A stretch of DNA of 53,669 nt, the filler included, from Sphacelaria rigidula (lineage: Eukaryota): NCBI GenBank assembly GCA_964200075.2. It is 5 parts of 5 records of this genome, joined end to end, with 100 filler letters (N's around TTAATTAATTAA, not from the genome) between each part and the next. Parts side by side here need not be neighbours in the genome. Positions count along the whole stretch, not along the records: positions 32,264 to 42,916 come from CAXNAA020006138.1; positions 43,017 to 53,669 come from CAXNAA020006139.1; 3 more parts are not named here. One strand, given 5' to 3'. The notes beneath the pieces are model-generated. The model did no database searches, was not told where the DNA came from, and was given only the letters and a program-made list of their open reading frames with translations. A program made the translations under genes and the position numbers. Every line of letters begins with the position of its first letter. Within the stretch, counting starts at the first letter, position 1. This document shows positions 39,251 to 52,800 of the stretch, in pieces.

Positions 39251-39759
39251 GCTCAAATGGTTGTGTCACCCACACCTGGTGACCGGGATCATTTTCTGTG
39301 TAAATGCAGGTCAGGACCTCAAATCTGACTTTCGAACAAACAAAAGCGCCTTTTTTTCAACTCGGAGTTCAGGTTTGACCCAGTGTACAGAAATGCAACA
39401 TTGTTTTTCAGTGATTGATTCTACTACGAAACAATGGGACCAGCTATTATCAGCGGCGAGTTGGGCTATAAAAGATGGTGAAGAGGGGTCACGTCGGCTT
39501 TCGAGTTCGGGCGGTCCGTCGGATCAAAATATAATCGAAATGGGCTCAGGACACCTCTGAGTTTTCCGGTGACAGTTTGTTTGTCCCAAATTCGTACTTT
39601 TATCCAAAAACTTTCCAAGTATTCTCGGGGAACAAATATATGGACACTTCCGTGCGCCGTTCCGGGGCTTCCTCATCCTCAACGAAAAGCTCCATCCTCA
39701 CTTTTGATGATCGGCTGTCAAAGTGCCTGCTTTTCATCACAAGCACCACACAAATCTAC

Positions 39760-40108
39760 CACAGGTGCCGTAGGTAAGGTACCGTACCGAGCGTACCCCC
39801 TGTATTACCGGGGTATCCCATACCGTGGTATGCGTAAGTATCGTAGGCATGACATTTCAAAATACCGGATGGGGCCGGCACGGTAGGTATTGAAATCTCG
39901 AAATACCCTGGTATCGTAGGTACCGTAGGTATGAGTTTCAAGAATACCGGATGGGGCCGGTACGGTAGGTACTGAAACCTCGAAATACCGTGGTATCGTC
40001 GGTATCGTAGGTATGAGTTTCGAAAATACCAGATTGGACCGGTATCTGTACGGTATGAGATGTCCCAAATACCGGTACCGGGTACCTACCTTACCTACGG
40101 TGCCTGTG
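39760..40108. mobile_element. hAT-type MITE, 349 bp
   Basis: 8-bp TSD AAATCTAC (39752-39759, 40109-40116); 22-bp TIR cacaggtgccgtaggtaaggta (20/22); internal GGTA/TACC repeats. Confidence 0.92.
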
Positions 40109-40654
40109 AAATCTACGCATTTTTCACCTGCTCTGGCACCATCCACCTCCGTGTCAGGAACGTTGTTAGGTTACCGGCTAACCCTCGGTGATACTGGAAG
40201 TGGTCAAGTCACAGCAGAAAAACAGAAAATGGGGACAAAGAGAGAGGCAGAAAGCTGGCGTTGGTTTGGACACACCGGTGTCGAGTACGACCACGTGCGG
40301 CGGATACATGCCGGGTGTTTCCTGGGTATATCATGCGACACTGACTACGTATAAACTCACGTATTTGTAGCGCCTAGCCCGAGAAAGTGGCGAACAATAC
40401 GTCGTCCAGGCTCTCATTGAAGGAAATGACACGAGGTCATGACAATGTTGCAACTCAACCGACACTGCGGCCGCCGACTTCACCAAAGCTTCCAAGTACG
40501 GATGCGGAGCTCAATGAAAAACGGCCGGCGGGCATAAGCATACCCAGGAATATTCGAGGATAGGCGACGAACTGGAGAATTTATATCCGTCGCCGTTGTA
40601 ACGTGATACTCAATAATCATTCAGTCTTAATAACGCCATGTTGTGCCTGCCTAC

Positions 40655-42166
40655 CCCAGTGAAAGCGGGGTACACAGAAGGTGTTTGCCTTGGAGTGATG
40701 CGGGTTCTCGCTCATGGCCGCAGTCCAGTCGTACGGATTACGCCACATGGCCACGACGAGGGTGTGGTTTCCGTGGAGGCAGGGGCGACAAGGTCGTGTT
40801 GGCCTGCATGACCTCTCTCCGCTCTCCATTTCTGTGTGTATCCGATTTTGAAACCAGTGCTGTTGTAGCCGTGGCAACGGACACGGACATCGTCCGTGAT
40901 GGGAGGACATAGCAAATGATGGAGGAGGCGAGAGGGCGAGAGCAACAAAGAAAAAGTCAAGTGAGGCATTCACCCCATTAATTTCATCACGAAGGAGTGG
41001 AAATGTCGTTCAGATCTGTACGCCCACGTAGTTTCCAAGTGAACACGAAACCTTTCATGGCAATTGCACAGTCACCACATGTCTCACCCCAACAACACTG
41101 CCGGAACTGTTCGTAAACAACTCACGCACTTTCAATGCTTCGTAGGACTGCGGGTTTGAGCGAAAGCCGGCGAGATGATTCGAGCGGCACAACGACGACG
41201 CAGTGTGCCTCAAAAGGGAGTAAAGCGAGGATTTGAACACTGTAAAATTCAGGCACCATCAACTCGCGTGGGAGTCGCCCTCACATATGAATTGTGGTGG
41301 AATACATTTGGCCCCAGTGCATTACACAGAGGTGCCGGCGCCTCCCACGTCATGACCGCACCGACGAACAAATGCTCGGTACGTGAAGGTACAAGGTGCC
41401 GAGACGACACATCTGCTCAGTACTTACAGGTACCAGATAACAAGACGATCCATTTGCTCGAAATCAGCAGGTACTGAAATGTGGTTTCCATGCGGTTCAC
41501 TGTGTCATTCAAGGCTTTTCGAGGTAAACGCACATGTCAAGACCAACTCACTGCGATGTCATCTCCGCGGAACAAAAGCAAGGTTCGTGGTCTTGCCTTG
41601 TGCGTTCACCTTGAAGCCGCCGTGATGGACAGTGGACAGCATGCACATGCGAGTGTAACTCCCACGCGAGTTGATGGTGCCTGAATTTTTCAGTGTTCAA
41701 ATCCTCGCCTTCCTTCCTTTCAAGGGACACTGCGTCGTCGTCGTGTTGCTCAAATCAACTCGCCGGTCTTCGCTGCCCCTGGCTCGAAATGTGAGCGGCC
41801 AAGATTTTCTCGGGGCGCGGTCCCCGCATTCATGAGGTCCGGAAAGCACGCGATCCTCGCATGCATTACACCCTTATGCGAGCACTTCTCGTTGAATTTT
41901 CGTCCCAAGATATCGCACGAACCAAAGGCGCTCGACTCAAGCAGCCCTACACGAGTATTTTTTGACGGCTGCACCCTCACCTTCCAATTGCAGAGTGATG
42001 GTTCTACCACTATACCCTGCCCCTTGAAGTAGTGCTTCAGCAGTCTAGTCATCCAGGTGGAACCGCTGTGACGTTCCGCTATAAGCGCCACGTACTTGAG
42101 TTTTGATGGGGGCTCCTCAGCACCTGAGGGATGATTGATTCGGTCGCAGATTGAAGAGGTTGACAA
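40655..42166 (-). CDS. Sulfotransferase-fold protein, two exons (42166-41981; 40859 to 40689 or 40655)
   Basis: In-frame splice CNWK|HWFQ; 5'-PSB-like LIAERHSGSTW and 3'-PB-like VVAMWRNPYDWTAAMSENPHH; first and last exons not found. Confidence 0.75.
41160..41775. mobile_element. MITE with ~120-bp TIRs in the sulfotransferase intron
   Basis: acgacgacgcagtgt...gcgaggatttgaacactg.aaaattcaggcaccatcaactcgcgtgggagt is mirrored at 41651-41775. Confidence 0.85.
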
Positions 42167-43581
42167 CTGCGATGTTACCGGTACAGATCCAATATTCATT
42201 AGTTTTTGCAGGCACCCTGCGCACGAAAACTACAGTGACCACCGTAAGCCATCATTCGTCAACCTCAACATTAAAAATGACCGAAAAATCCATCTAGTGG
42301 ACCTGTTTTTACTGCACCACAACTCAGTTGTCCGAGATACGGCCAAAATCGAGATGGGGAAAATATTACCTAGAAAGGCCGTTGTCACACACAGCTTTAC
42401 CACACTCCTTTGTGTGTCGGACAACACCGCGTAACAGTGGCATGACGTGGGAATACCACCGCGAGCGGGAATCTACCACCTGCACTGCAACAAGTCACGA
42501 AGCTATCAACGATATTCGAGCGGTGCGCTGGATGTACGCTGCTATATGCACCTCCGGATGGACGCGAACTCAAGTCCACGAGCGCCCGGTACGCGGTTGG
42601 ATACTTGTCGACATGCATTTTGGCTGATGCTGGGTCGGAATTTTACTTCCTTGATTTGGGTCAAGGAAGCACCGCGATGGGAGTAAGGTTAGGGTCTTTC
42701 CTGCAGTTTGAAGCTAATAACCGTGGAGAGATGTCGCCGGTGCAACCATCGCGCCCAGAGTTGGGCTAGCAGCACGCACCACAAAGGGTGATCCTAAGAT
42801 TACGAGTAATTATACGCCCCCCCCCCCCCCCCCCCCCCCCCCCTCCTCTCTTCTTTTTTTTTCTTTTTTCCCCTCCTCCTTTTTTTCTTTTTTCTTCCTT
42901 CTTTTCTTTTTTCTTTNNNNNNNNNNNNNNNNNNNNNNNNNNNNNNNNNNNNNNNNNNNNTTAATTAATTAANNNNNNNNNNNNNNNNNNNNNNNNNNNN
43001 NNNNNNNNNNNNNNNNACGAAGATTTTAATCCTCCGGGTTCTCATCCTCAATCAATAGCACCATCCTCAATATAGATGATTGGCTGTTTCATGAAAATCA
43101 AACTCTCTAGCTTTCACAGGTGTTGCGAAATCAGTGCAGTCTGTTAGGGTGACCACCACTGCGCAGACGGGAGGTAGCTATGATCCAGTTTTTTGTTTCA
43201 TGATGCACTAACGATTTTCCATTCCAAATTGGAAGTCACACGGACTCTCAAAAACAGCCGACCTTCATTATTGAGAATAAAATGTGGTTGAACAGTATTT
43301 TTCAGGCCATCTACCAGCCCGGTTTTGGTCCTCGTACTCTGAAATTTCGCGGGGAGAATTGCTAGTGCATAATGAAAAAATAGTTGGGACGTGTTTTTTT
43401 TTCCTGAGTTGAAAGGTTCTAGGGTGGTAAGGTCCATTTTTTCACGAGAACCTCCTTAACTCACCAATGGAAGATTAAAGGCCCATTTATATTTTGTTCA
43501 TGTCCTTACGACCCTCCATAATATTCAATTCTAAGCAACGTTTCCAAAAATTGGGCTGAGAAACTAAGATGGTACCCCAAA

Positions 43582-43760
43582 ACCGGTCGCCCCCGTCGCT
43601 CAGTTTACAAGTAACCTCAAAACCTACTGACGGTTGGGTTGTGGGTCGAATCTCGGCGCAGTTACACAATCTAGGATTTTTTTCTCACGCCATGACATAC
43701 AGTACAGTGGAGAGCGACCACGTCGTGGATACAGAAAGTTCGACTCGTACAAATACGAGG
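43582..43760 (+). mobile_element. tRNA-derived SINE-like repeat
   Basis: gcccccgtcgctcagttt...ggttgtgggtcgaatctc (A/B-box-like); homolog at 291-480. Confidence 0.6.
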
Positions 43761-46294
43761 ATTTCAGCCCGTGTACACAACAGCAGGCGATTTTCTCCAG
43801 TGGATTGATTTTTTGGACCCCAGTCCGCTGGGGAATGTTTTTCGGCTATAGCAGCTGTGAGCAACCAGATTACTTCTCCGATTCTCTGGACGTTGATATG
43901 TGATACACCACCTTTCTGCTCAAATCGGGACACTCCCGCATCGATCTCACCCCGACTTTCAGCTAGCCGAAAAACATTGCCCAACGGACTGGGGTCCGAA
44001 TGAATAATCAATCCACGCAGTAAACAATGTTTTCGTGAGATCGAGAGTAGAGGATACGATTGAGAGTGAAAAGCGGTCAATTAGTGAATGAATCGTTTCT
44101 GTTCCGAAATACCCCTCCTCCACGAGGCCCAAAATGCTTTCTGCAGCAGCTTGCCACTGAGGTCCTTGATGTCCCTGAGTAGGATATCGACGTGTAGCTA
44201 TAAGCACACGCTAGTGATGGAGGTAAAGAAGAGCACACATGGAATGGAAAAATAGCTGAGAGCAAGCGAATGATTAAAGCCACTCTCAATCAGCGTTCTA
44301 CTCTCAATCTCACGAAAACGTTGTTAGTAGTAGTAAGGAAATCGCATGTAGACGGGCTGAAATCGTCATATTTGTACAAATCGAGACTGATTGCCATTAA
44401 AGATGGTCTGAGTTGTTCACGGTGAAGACTTTCTTGTGCAAGTACGTGCTCTTCACACAGTATTACTATCGCCGTGTTACTGCATGCCTTGTGTTTCTAT
44501 GCAGATCTACTGCACTATGGATCTACTGTACTGTAGATCAACTGTTTGACCAGCGGGAGTTGCCGAAGGTTGTGATCAAAAATGGCGAACGCTCTAAGGC
44601 ACAACAGTGCAACAGTGCTGTCTGCTGCACGGTCACCAGTACACAGCGGAGGCTAGACCACAGCATTGGACACAAGAAATCCAGAGGTGAGCGGTATGAT
44701 CATCCTGTAGAGAGCACATCCTCGCGGGCATTCAAACATGGCTTAGCCTTCAAGTCGAGTCGTGACAGCGGGATATACTTGAGTTGATCACCTCCGGCGT
44801 CTACTCCATGACTGCATTCAATGTGCGCTGTCGATCATCCCATTCATCCCATGACATGCCATCTTGAGCAGAATAGGTACCCACAGTAGACTATCATCCG
44901 TCATCCACCGCTACCCCATCCCCCCGGAAGCATACTACATACTCAGTGGGTCTCTGCATCCGCCAGCTCGGAAAAGCTGTTGCAATGTAAGTTGACGCAT
45001 CACTGGATATTGTGTACGGTGAAGCAAAATGCGGCGTGATTGCCAGCAAGCTGATGCTGACTCAATGAGTCTGTATGTAAGCTAGGGGAAATTTGAATAT
45101 TTTGCTTCAATGACGGTCGATAACACCCTCCTGATACAGTGGTTAAGGATTGTGTTCCGAGCACGACCTGTTTATTTTCCCAATGTGTATATACACACAC
45201 AGTAGTCTCACCCTAGCACTTTCGTTTCTGCTCATTATGGGGACAAATCTCGAGTCTGCAGAGACCCCAATCAATCTGCGCAAAATCGGGGTGCCTCATA
45301 TTTGCGTATTTGCTGAAGTCTGGTTTGCCGGGAGCCCGTCATGGTTTCATAGGATTGTTGAAACAGTTCTGATAACTATGTGGCCGAGGAGGGCAGTAAG
45401 GAAATGGAAGAAATGTGGCCATATGTATCCCGGACTGGACATGACGGAGGTGGCCGGAATCCCCCTGTCCCTTTTCTCTTTTTTTTTTTTACTACTCGTA
45501 CAGTATGATAATTCCTGCCTTCCAACGTACCCCTCCCCCAAGGTGGTGTGTTGTCATTTGACACTCTCTTGTCGTTCCTATTTAGTATATTCGTGCACAT
45601 GGCTGTTCCACTAGAGTTACAAGGATAGAACCATGCGGTTCTTAGTGCTGTGGCTGATAATGTTCCGTTGCTCTATTTCTGTTTGGCTTCGCGTGCCGAG
45701 TAAACATCGAGCTCTGCCTCCGGTAGCCCGAATGGTTGCCCGCGGCACAAGAGCTCATGAAGTCAGCAGTATTTCTTATTTTGTATCGCGCCTGTGTGAA
45801 TTTTTCTGCGTCCAATTTTTTTTTCTTGTTTCCTTAGGTCGCTCCTCATGGCAGACAACAGTGAAAATTTAGAAAAGTGCCTCATTGGATCTTTCACGTC
45901 GTTTCCCGCCCTGAAAGAGAGGTACTCTGTGTACGTTTCTCCGTTGGCCGCAGTTATTTTCTTGTCCAAACTTCCACTTTTTTCGGACAAATGTCATTTT
46001 TCTCGGAGACCGGTCAAGTCCACAAAAGTGTCCGAGATTCGTCTGGACTTGTCTGTTCTCCGAGAAACAGGAGCGGTCTCCGAGAAAAATGAAAGGTTGG
46101 TCAAGAAAAAAGTGCGACCGCCGGAAAAACGCACAGGTGTCCTGGAATGGTCTTGACGAGTACGGCGAATTGCATTCCAAGGTGTCAAAAAACGCCTAGC
46201 TCTCTGTTGGGGCGTAAAACTATGCAGAAGCTCGAAAAGGGCACTTGTCAAGTCAAGTAAGGAACGGCCTTATACCTTATTTGGGGCAGTCAGT

Positions 46295-46380
46295 CTGTGA
46301 TCACGGAAGGCGTCCGCATGAGATGCCCAGTTCGGAATACTGCGCATAATTTTTTCAATTTCAAAACAACAACAATAACA
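46295..46380 (+). mobile_element. Diverged RTE LINE 3' end with short (CAA)n
   Basis: ctgtgatcacggaaggcgtccgcatgagatgcccagt...aacaacaacaataac. Confidence 0.75.
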
Positions 46381-47329
46381 CGGAGGGTCATTTTCTGCAG
46401 GGGTGTGGTAGTGCATGATCGTGAAGCCGAAGAACAGGCAGGCAATGAAACATCAAGAACGGTGTCGCACCGTGGTACCCTACTGGTATAATGCAGTGTG
46501 GTACACTCCACCATCACAGTATACGATAATGCCGCGCGGTAAGACATGGTGATACAGTCAGTATGGCGAGAACAGTGTGCGAGAAAAGTGCATCACGAGT
46601 GCGGTGCCGTACATAACCCTGCAAGCAGAACGAACGCATACAGTAGGAAAATGTAGCACCGTTCGTTACACGGATACATGCCGCAGTGCGGTGCAGTATT
46701 TTTCCATCGCCGCTGGGTACGGTGTCAACTGTCAACACTTGTTATCCACTCGTCAAGCCCCCTGCGCACTACCCGTGCTACAAAGCTGCTCCAGCACCTG
46801 GCGCGGGTGGGCGCGGTCTGCGCTGTCACGAGACTGTCTGCTGCTGCGGTTTCAAGAAGATCCGTACCTTGGACAATGTATGGTCGATAGTTGCAGTAGG
46901 GCTGTACTTGACGCAGTACATTTTTTGTCGATTGCAATTATTGACCATATACTGTTCAAGATGTGAACATATCAAATGCCTCTTGCTCCATCACCGCACG
47001 GCACTGTACGCACGGCACCTTCCTACAGATTGGGGAGACCTCAATTGTCCCCCGATTTGGAGCGTAGATTAGGGAAAATCGCGCGAAGATCGAAAATTAC
47101 CGATCCAAGGTTCAAGGTTCAAGGTTCCCCGATCTGGGCCATATTGGAGACCATAGTAATAGGCGTTTCCTGATGTCATGTCCCCCGATCTGCGGTACAT
47201 ATCGAGATTTATGGTTGCTATAATAAACGGTCTGAGACCGTTTTTTACGATTCGTATTTTCCCATCGTATTTTTACAAAAATCCACACCCTGGACTGGAC
47301 AATACGTATGTACAAAAATGTACTGTGTA

Positions 47330-47391
47330 AAGTATAGGCCTATTGCAACAACTGTTGCCGCGACAACAGTTGTTGCATTAGGCCTATACTT
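47330..47391. repeat. ~62-bp near-perfect hairpin
   Basis: aagtataggccta.tgcaacaactgttg / caacagttgttgca.taggcctatactt. Confidence 0.9.
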
Positions 47392-47478
47392 CGCGCATTG
47401 AGATTCTACGGTAGGGGTGCAGTTGTTAGGCCGCTTCTTATCATTGACGAAAATAGAAATCTGAAAAAGCGTCTTTTT

Positions 47479-47862
47479 GGAGCTTTTACATCGTTTTACG
47501 CCCCAAAAGAGAACCAGGCGGAGTTTGACACCTTGGAATGACTTGATCTACTAGTTGAGGCGGATCCGGGACATCTCCCCGTTTTCCGGTTGCCACAGTT
47601 TTCATTCTGGCCAAACAATAATTTTTGTCCAAGAACGGTAAAAAACAGTCAACTCCAGAGAAAAGTGGCATTTGTTTCTGGACTTGACTGTTTTTTACCG
47701 TTCCTGGACAAAAATTCTTGCTCGACCAGAATGAAAACTGTGGCCACCAGAAAACGGGAAGATGTCCCGGAACCGTCTCAACTAGTAGAGCAAGTCATTC
47801 CAAGGTGTCAAGCTCCGCCTACTGTAACTCTCTTTTGGGGCTTAAAACGACGTAAAAGCTCC
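47479..47862. mobile_element. Foldback MITE with ~185-bp arms; a short derivative lies at 53269-53378
   Basis: ggagcttttacatcgttttacgccccaaaagag...cagtcaactccaga is mirrored; the same termini flank a shorter core at 53269-53378. Confidence 0.88.
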
Positions 47863-48107
47863 AAGAAGACACTTTTCCAGCAGACTTTTATTCTTGTGTA
47901 TTGTAAGGAGCGACCTTAGACCAAAAGGTTTCTGAGGCTGGACACGGAGGCTCACATGTTTGTCAGCAACAGGCTCCGGAAGTGCATAGCCTCGCGAAAA
48001 AAAAAAGCGCACCCCTGCCGTACAGCTGTTGACCATATATTGCTCAGCTTGTGCAGAAATTCCAGGAAAAAAACGAGCCACGTGAAATCTTAGGAGATGA
48101 GCGCTCC

Positions 48108-48611
48108 CGTTGGCGTCGATTGGCGATGATACTGTAAAAACACGCCACTCACTGCGTAAGCTAGGCAACCAGGTTACCGACTTTTGTTTTGCGCTTGCGT
48201 TTGTGCGGTAACCATGATGGTGGTCGAGCGAGATCATGCTGTGCGGGGTGGGAGAACCTCAACTCCGCACAATGGGGATGATCGTACTACGTGGTGTTTA
48301 CATGGTGAGACACCCATGAGGCAGGGTACAAGCCGTGGCTGTCTCAGGAAGTGGCGACACAACAAAAAAACATCTCCTTGTAGGCCGTCATCCAAATGCA
48401 AGATAATCAGTACGCTTCGGGCCGAACAATCTGAGCAGGATGCAGCTCACACTTCATTCGACGCGTCGAACACACCACGGCGCTTCGCGCTTGGTGATCA
48501 AGTGCGAGCCTGGTCCGGCGAAAACCCGGCGTGCTTCGTCTCGGCTTCGTAGGGATGCGAGGTCAATGGTCTTGTGACTATGTCATGTATGGTCACGAGT
48601 ACAACCCCCCC
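48108..48611 (+). mobile_element. Copy of unit U ending in GAGTACAACCCCCCC
   Basis: Aligns with 3297-3800. Confidence 0.8.
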
Positions 48612-49511
48612 TCATTTTCATTGTTAATAGAGCATATGTCCCGCCGAATGTCAAGCTGGGAGCATGGAAGATCTGGGACAACTCGCTCATCCCCGTATTC
48701 GGGCGAAAATCGGCCCCGAGTCGTCAAAACAAGCAATTTGGGTGGAATTTTATTTTCAGGACCGTAAGGCGGATTCTTGTTGGGGGCAATTTCCCCCCTT
48801 TTCACCACCCATTTGTTGATAAACGACCGCTGATTGGTCGCTGCGATACCACCGCCCAAAACACCTGCCCAGTAGTCTCGTTCTTCACCAGGGGATTTCC
48901 GGACGCCTCGAAGAGGAATATGCATGTCCGATTGACAGGAGAACATCCAAAGGCTTGCCACACAACACAGTGCAACCAGAGGTGAACTTGAGGAACTTGG
49001 TGCCCCCGCAATCCAAAACCAAACAACCTAATCCGTAGCTGCTCATCAGCTGAACACGTTGTGCGTGACCTTGCTCAAATCTGTTCAGAATTCAATGAGA
49101 AATAGTGTGTATGTATGTACACGAACACGCAAACAGTCCGCCAGGACATGCTCTCAGAGACGTTGGACTAACGAGTACTTCTAGACCCGCCGCATTTCTG
49201 AACCTGTGTGCAGATCTGGGGTTTGATCTCGACAAAACTGCTTCTCGATAAGACTCAAAACTGGTCGTTCTGGGGGCGATCCCATCCAGAGGGGGATTTT
49301 CGAAAAAAGGACAGTCCCCTTCAATAAGAACCCGCGAAAGAGGCAGCTTTAGACGTGTAGGGTGTGTCTTTGCACATTTTTTCTAGGTCGAAAACGCGGT
49401 TGAAAAGGAAAATTCCGATCTGATGGGTCGTTATTTCAACTACAGTATCGTCATTTATGTTGAAATCGCGACTTCTTCGATCGGAAAGCGATTTGGTAAG
49501 GTCACGTTCAA

Positions 49512-49830
49512 CCTTTAGACGGCGGTACGGGTAGTCCATCTGGACCACGCATAATTTTTTCAAGTGAAAATTGATGCCGATTCAGCAGGTGACCTACCGT
49601 CGCGGTCTGAAGGGTTAACCCTTACACGGGGACAGTAGGTCATCTGTTGAATCGGCATCAATTTTACCTTTAAAAAGTATGCACGATCCAGATGGACTAC
49701 CCGTACCGCCGTCTAACGGTTAAGCCTCAGACCGCGATGCGGGTAGTCCATCTGGATCACGCATACTTCTTTCAAGTGAATAGTGATGCCGATTCAGCAG
49801 GCAACCTCCCCTCGCGGTCAAAGGGTTGAC
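49512..49830. repeat. Three ~100-bp units in alternating orientation; related copies at 32060-32163, 50170-50280, 50610-50700
   Basis: gggtagtccatctgga...gatgccgattcagcagg and its reverse complement recur. Confidence 0.8.
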
Positions 49831-52800
49831 ATGTAAAAAAAAAAAGAGTTGAAATTTGCCTCTTCGGCCCTTCTCCGTCATTTTACCCCCGTTGCCAGTT
49901 TTTTTTAATAACTTGACCGTTTGTTATCGACAATACCAGTTTGGCGAACAACAAAAGTGCGACCTGCGGAAACGCGAAGGTGCCCTGGAACAATCTCAAA
50001 GAGTACAGGAAGTCATCGCAAGGACCCTCTTGTTGGGCGTAAAACGATGGAGGACGGCGGAAAAACAATGTTTAGCAGCATTGTTCTACACATCAAAAGT
50101 GACCTCATCAGAGGTATCTCAAACTCGGCTCCCGGTATCCTAGTTTATTCGCTGGCTGTGAGACGTGTACTATTTTTTCAAGTGAAAGTGTGATCGCGAT
50201 TCATAGGAGGACCTGACCTGGCGGTCAAAGGATCTCATCATCTGATGAATCGGCATCACTTTCATTTGAAAAAAGAGAACAAAACAAACCAGGATACCGG
50301 GAGCCGAGTTCGAGATACCTCCACTAGCAAATACTTTTTCCATCGAAAAGTCCGGCGGAAAAGGAAACTTCTTGTCTGAGGCCGTACCTTCGCGAGACAG
50401 AGAAAAATAAGCGGGGAAAAGGAAGAAGCTCCAAAGGCAGCATCCTGACAAGTCATCGCTACCACAAGCCCGCAGGGCGATCATTCAACATGATACTCCT
50501 GGAGCTTGTTCCCTCTCCTGTGTGTTCTCCCAAAACTTTTCTTGGTGTAGATAAGACGCGGCCTGTATATCAAACTCGGCTACCGATATCCTGGGTTGTT
50601 TGGTTCTACTTTTTCAAGTGAAAGTGATGACGATTCATCAGATGATGAGACCCTTTGACCGCCAGGTTGGGTCCTCCTGTGAATCGCCATCATTTTCGCT
50701 CGACAAAACACTACATAGGAGCCAGCGAATAAACACGGATACAGGGAGCCGAGTTTGAGATACCTCTAATGAGGTGGACACGAACGGCGATCCATCATAT
50801 CGGAATTCTCTTTTTCGCCGCACTTTTTTGATCGAAAAATAACTTGCAAGACGCGGCCACACAGGATGAACATTCGACCGTGACGTGAAAACTCGGCCGC
50901 AAAACGTGCGCAGGGCGCTACAGTACACACAACGTAACAACGCGATGCATTCGTAGCTCCCTGACCCAGGCGTGAGAAATGCCTGCCGACGCTTTCTTGT
51001 GGGTGTTTCCGTTCATCAGCGCGTATCCTGCTGTTTCGGGTAGAAAAATTGTGCCGTTGGGGTGATTTTTCACCATAACCTCAGAGCAAAAGGTACAGAG
51101 CGGCAAGCTAGCCATGCTTGAATCGTGCCAAGCTTGTGCAAGTGATCTACAAGTGCATCCTGTACGGAGGCCTACGCTACAGAATTGCCGCCGATGCCGT
51201 GTTGTCGTGTTGGCTCACAGACCGTCCATGTGCATGTAAACGACGACACGGCAGATTTGTCCGATAAACGTCGTATCTTACCGATCGGTCCTTACCGAAT
51301 TTTCCAGGCTTCGACTGATGGAATAATCGTGCGGGCGATGGCCAAGGGTGAGGTGAGAGATTTTGAGACACGCGTATCGAGATACCGAGTTTCGCGCAGC
51401 ACAGTACAGTACAGCGGCACTCACACAACCAGCCTGGCTGGCCTGTACGGGAAATAGTGTACACCCGTGCGATGAATTCCGTGCTGATGGTCCGTGTACT
51501 ATTATAGGGTATGATCCTGCTTTTTACTTTTTGCGAGCGTCAGCTTATGCAATTCGCCGAGGTTGTTCCGCATCTCAGCCTTTGGACCAAACTTGACGTG
51601 ATGGCTCATACGTTCTAGATCGACGAGTCAAGACGCACGGTGGGTTATCTTTGGATACTACAGTAGCACAGCTGAAATGCTCTGACGGTGCTGTGCGGGA
51701 AACCTTGGTATCGCGAGTAGTAGATGAATCAATCAATTCTTTACTCCGACATGCAGCTCCGCAAAGAGGTTTTTCTGTTGAACCTTGCTTCGTTGGAGGT
51801 CTAGCTAGCATCAAGCGCATCGTCATTACACAGAACAGGAGGTCTCGAGCAAAGCAGCAGCGTTGGGCGGAACAGTGCGAAGTACAGAACGTGACACAGG
51901 ACGAACCTTGAAGAAACCCAAAATCCATCTCGATACCAAATAGCCACCCAACCCACAAGGTGGGAGATGCCTGGTATCCTAGCCGTGCACAGTCTGTACG
52001 GTACTTACGACCACTTACATGGCTCATCACTGTTTCGTGTGTGCTGTTTTGTACTGTATCGCCTCATCCAACACCTTCCTGGCAAACGGCTGTTGAATCT
52101 GAAATGAACGTATGAAGCCAAGACAATCCCATTGATGAACATACCTTGAGTTTCCATCTCAGACATGCTGCGTTGGTAGTTTATGATCGAGTGGGGTGGG
52201 TGATCAAGCGCCTCGAGACAGAACAATCTCGCAAAATTGTAAAGTGTGCAATGCTCCGGGTCAGGAATGCCATTTCAATTTAATTCATGCGCGGCGGATG
52301 AAATTTGACTTCGGGTTTTGCATACAGGCTCGGTTGCACGTTCATCACCCCAAATCCACTCGTCAGCAAATACATTCCGCAATATCTACTCAGTAGCCAC
52401 ATACATGATATCATACTGACTACTAGTGACAACTGACGAGGATAACATAGTCGGATTTTTCGTCAAGGCCAAATGGGTGGGACTGATGAGGCGGAAAGAA
52501 ATACCTCGACCAATCAGCAGCCTTCAAATTGTTCTGAAATTGAAAATCCGAATCCCCAACCCAACTACGACCCAATCTCCACATTCATTAGATCGTAGTG
52601 ACCACCAACAGCTCGGAAATCTAAGGGGAAAAATAAATTGAAAGCGGTTACAATGGTACCTAACTAAAATTATAACCAACAACGTGGGGTGTATGTACCT
52701 CGGTTATGCTGTGTGGGGTTTTCGTGTCAACAGTGGATTCTCGAAAATGGGGTTGAAAAAAAACGAGGTTCAACTCAAAAGCCGTGCTTTCCCTGACCTA

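Noticed and set aside
44077-44289. Signal-peptide-like ORF, or hAT CxxH-like remnant (VCL*LHVDILLRDIKDL)
   Set aside because: No ATG start for the ORF and only a short, broken motif for the remnant; neither reading is supportable
51183-52190. Exon-like segments on both strands
   Set aside because: Plausible splice sites, but no coherent reading frame or recognisable protein
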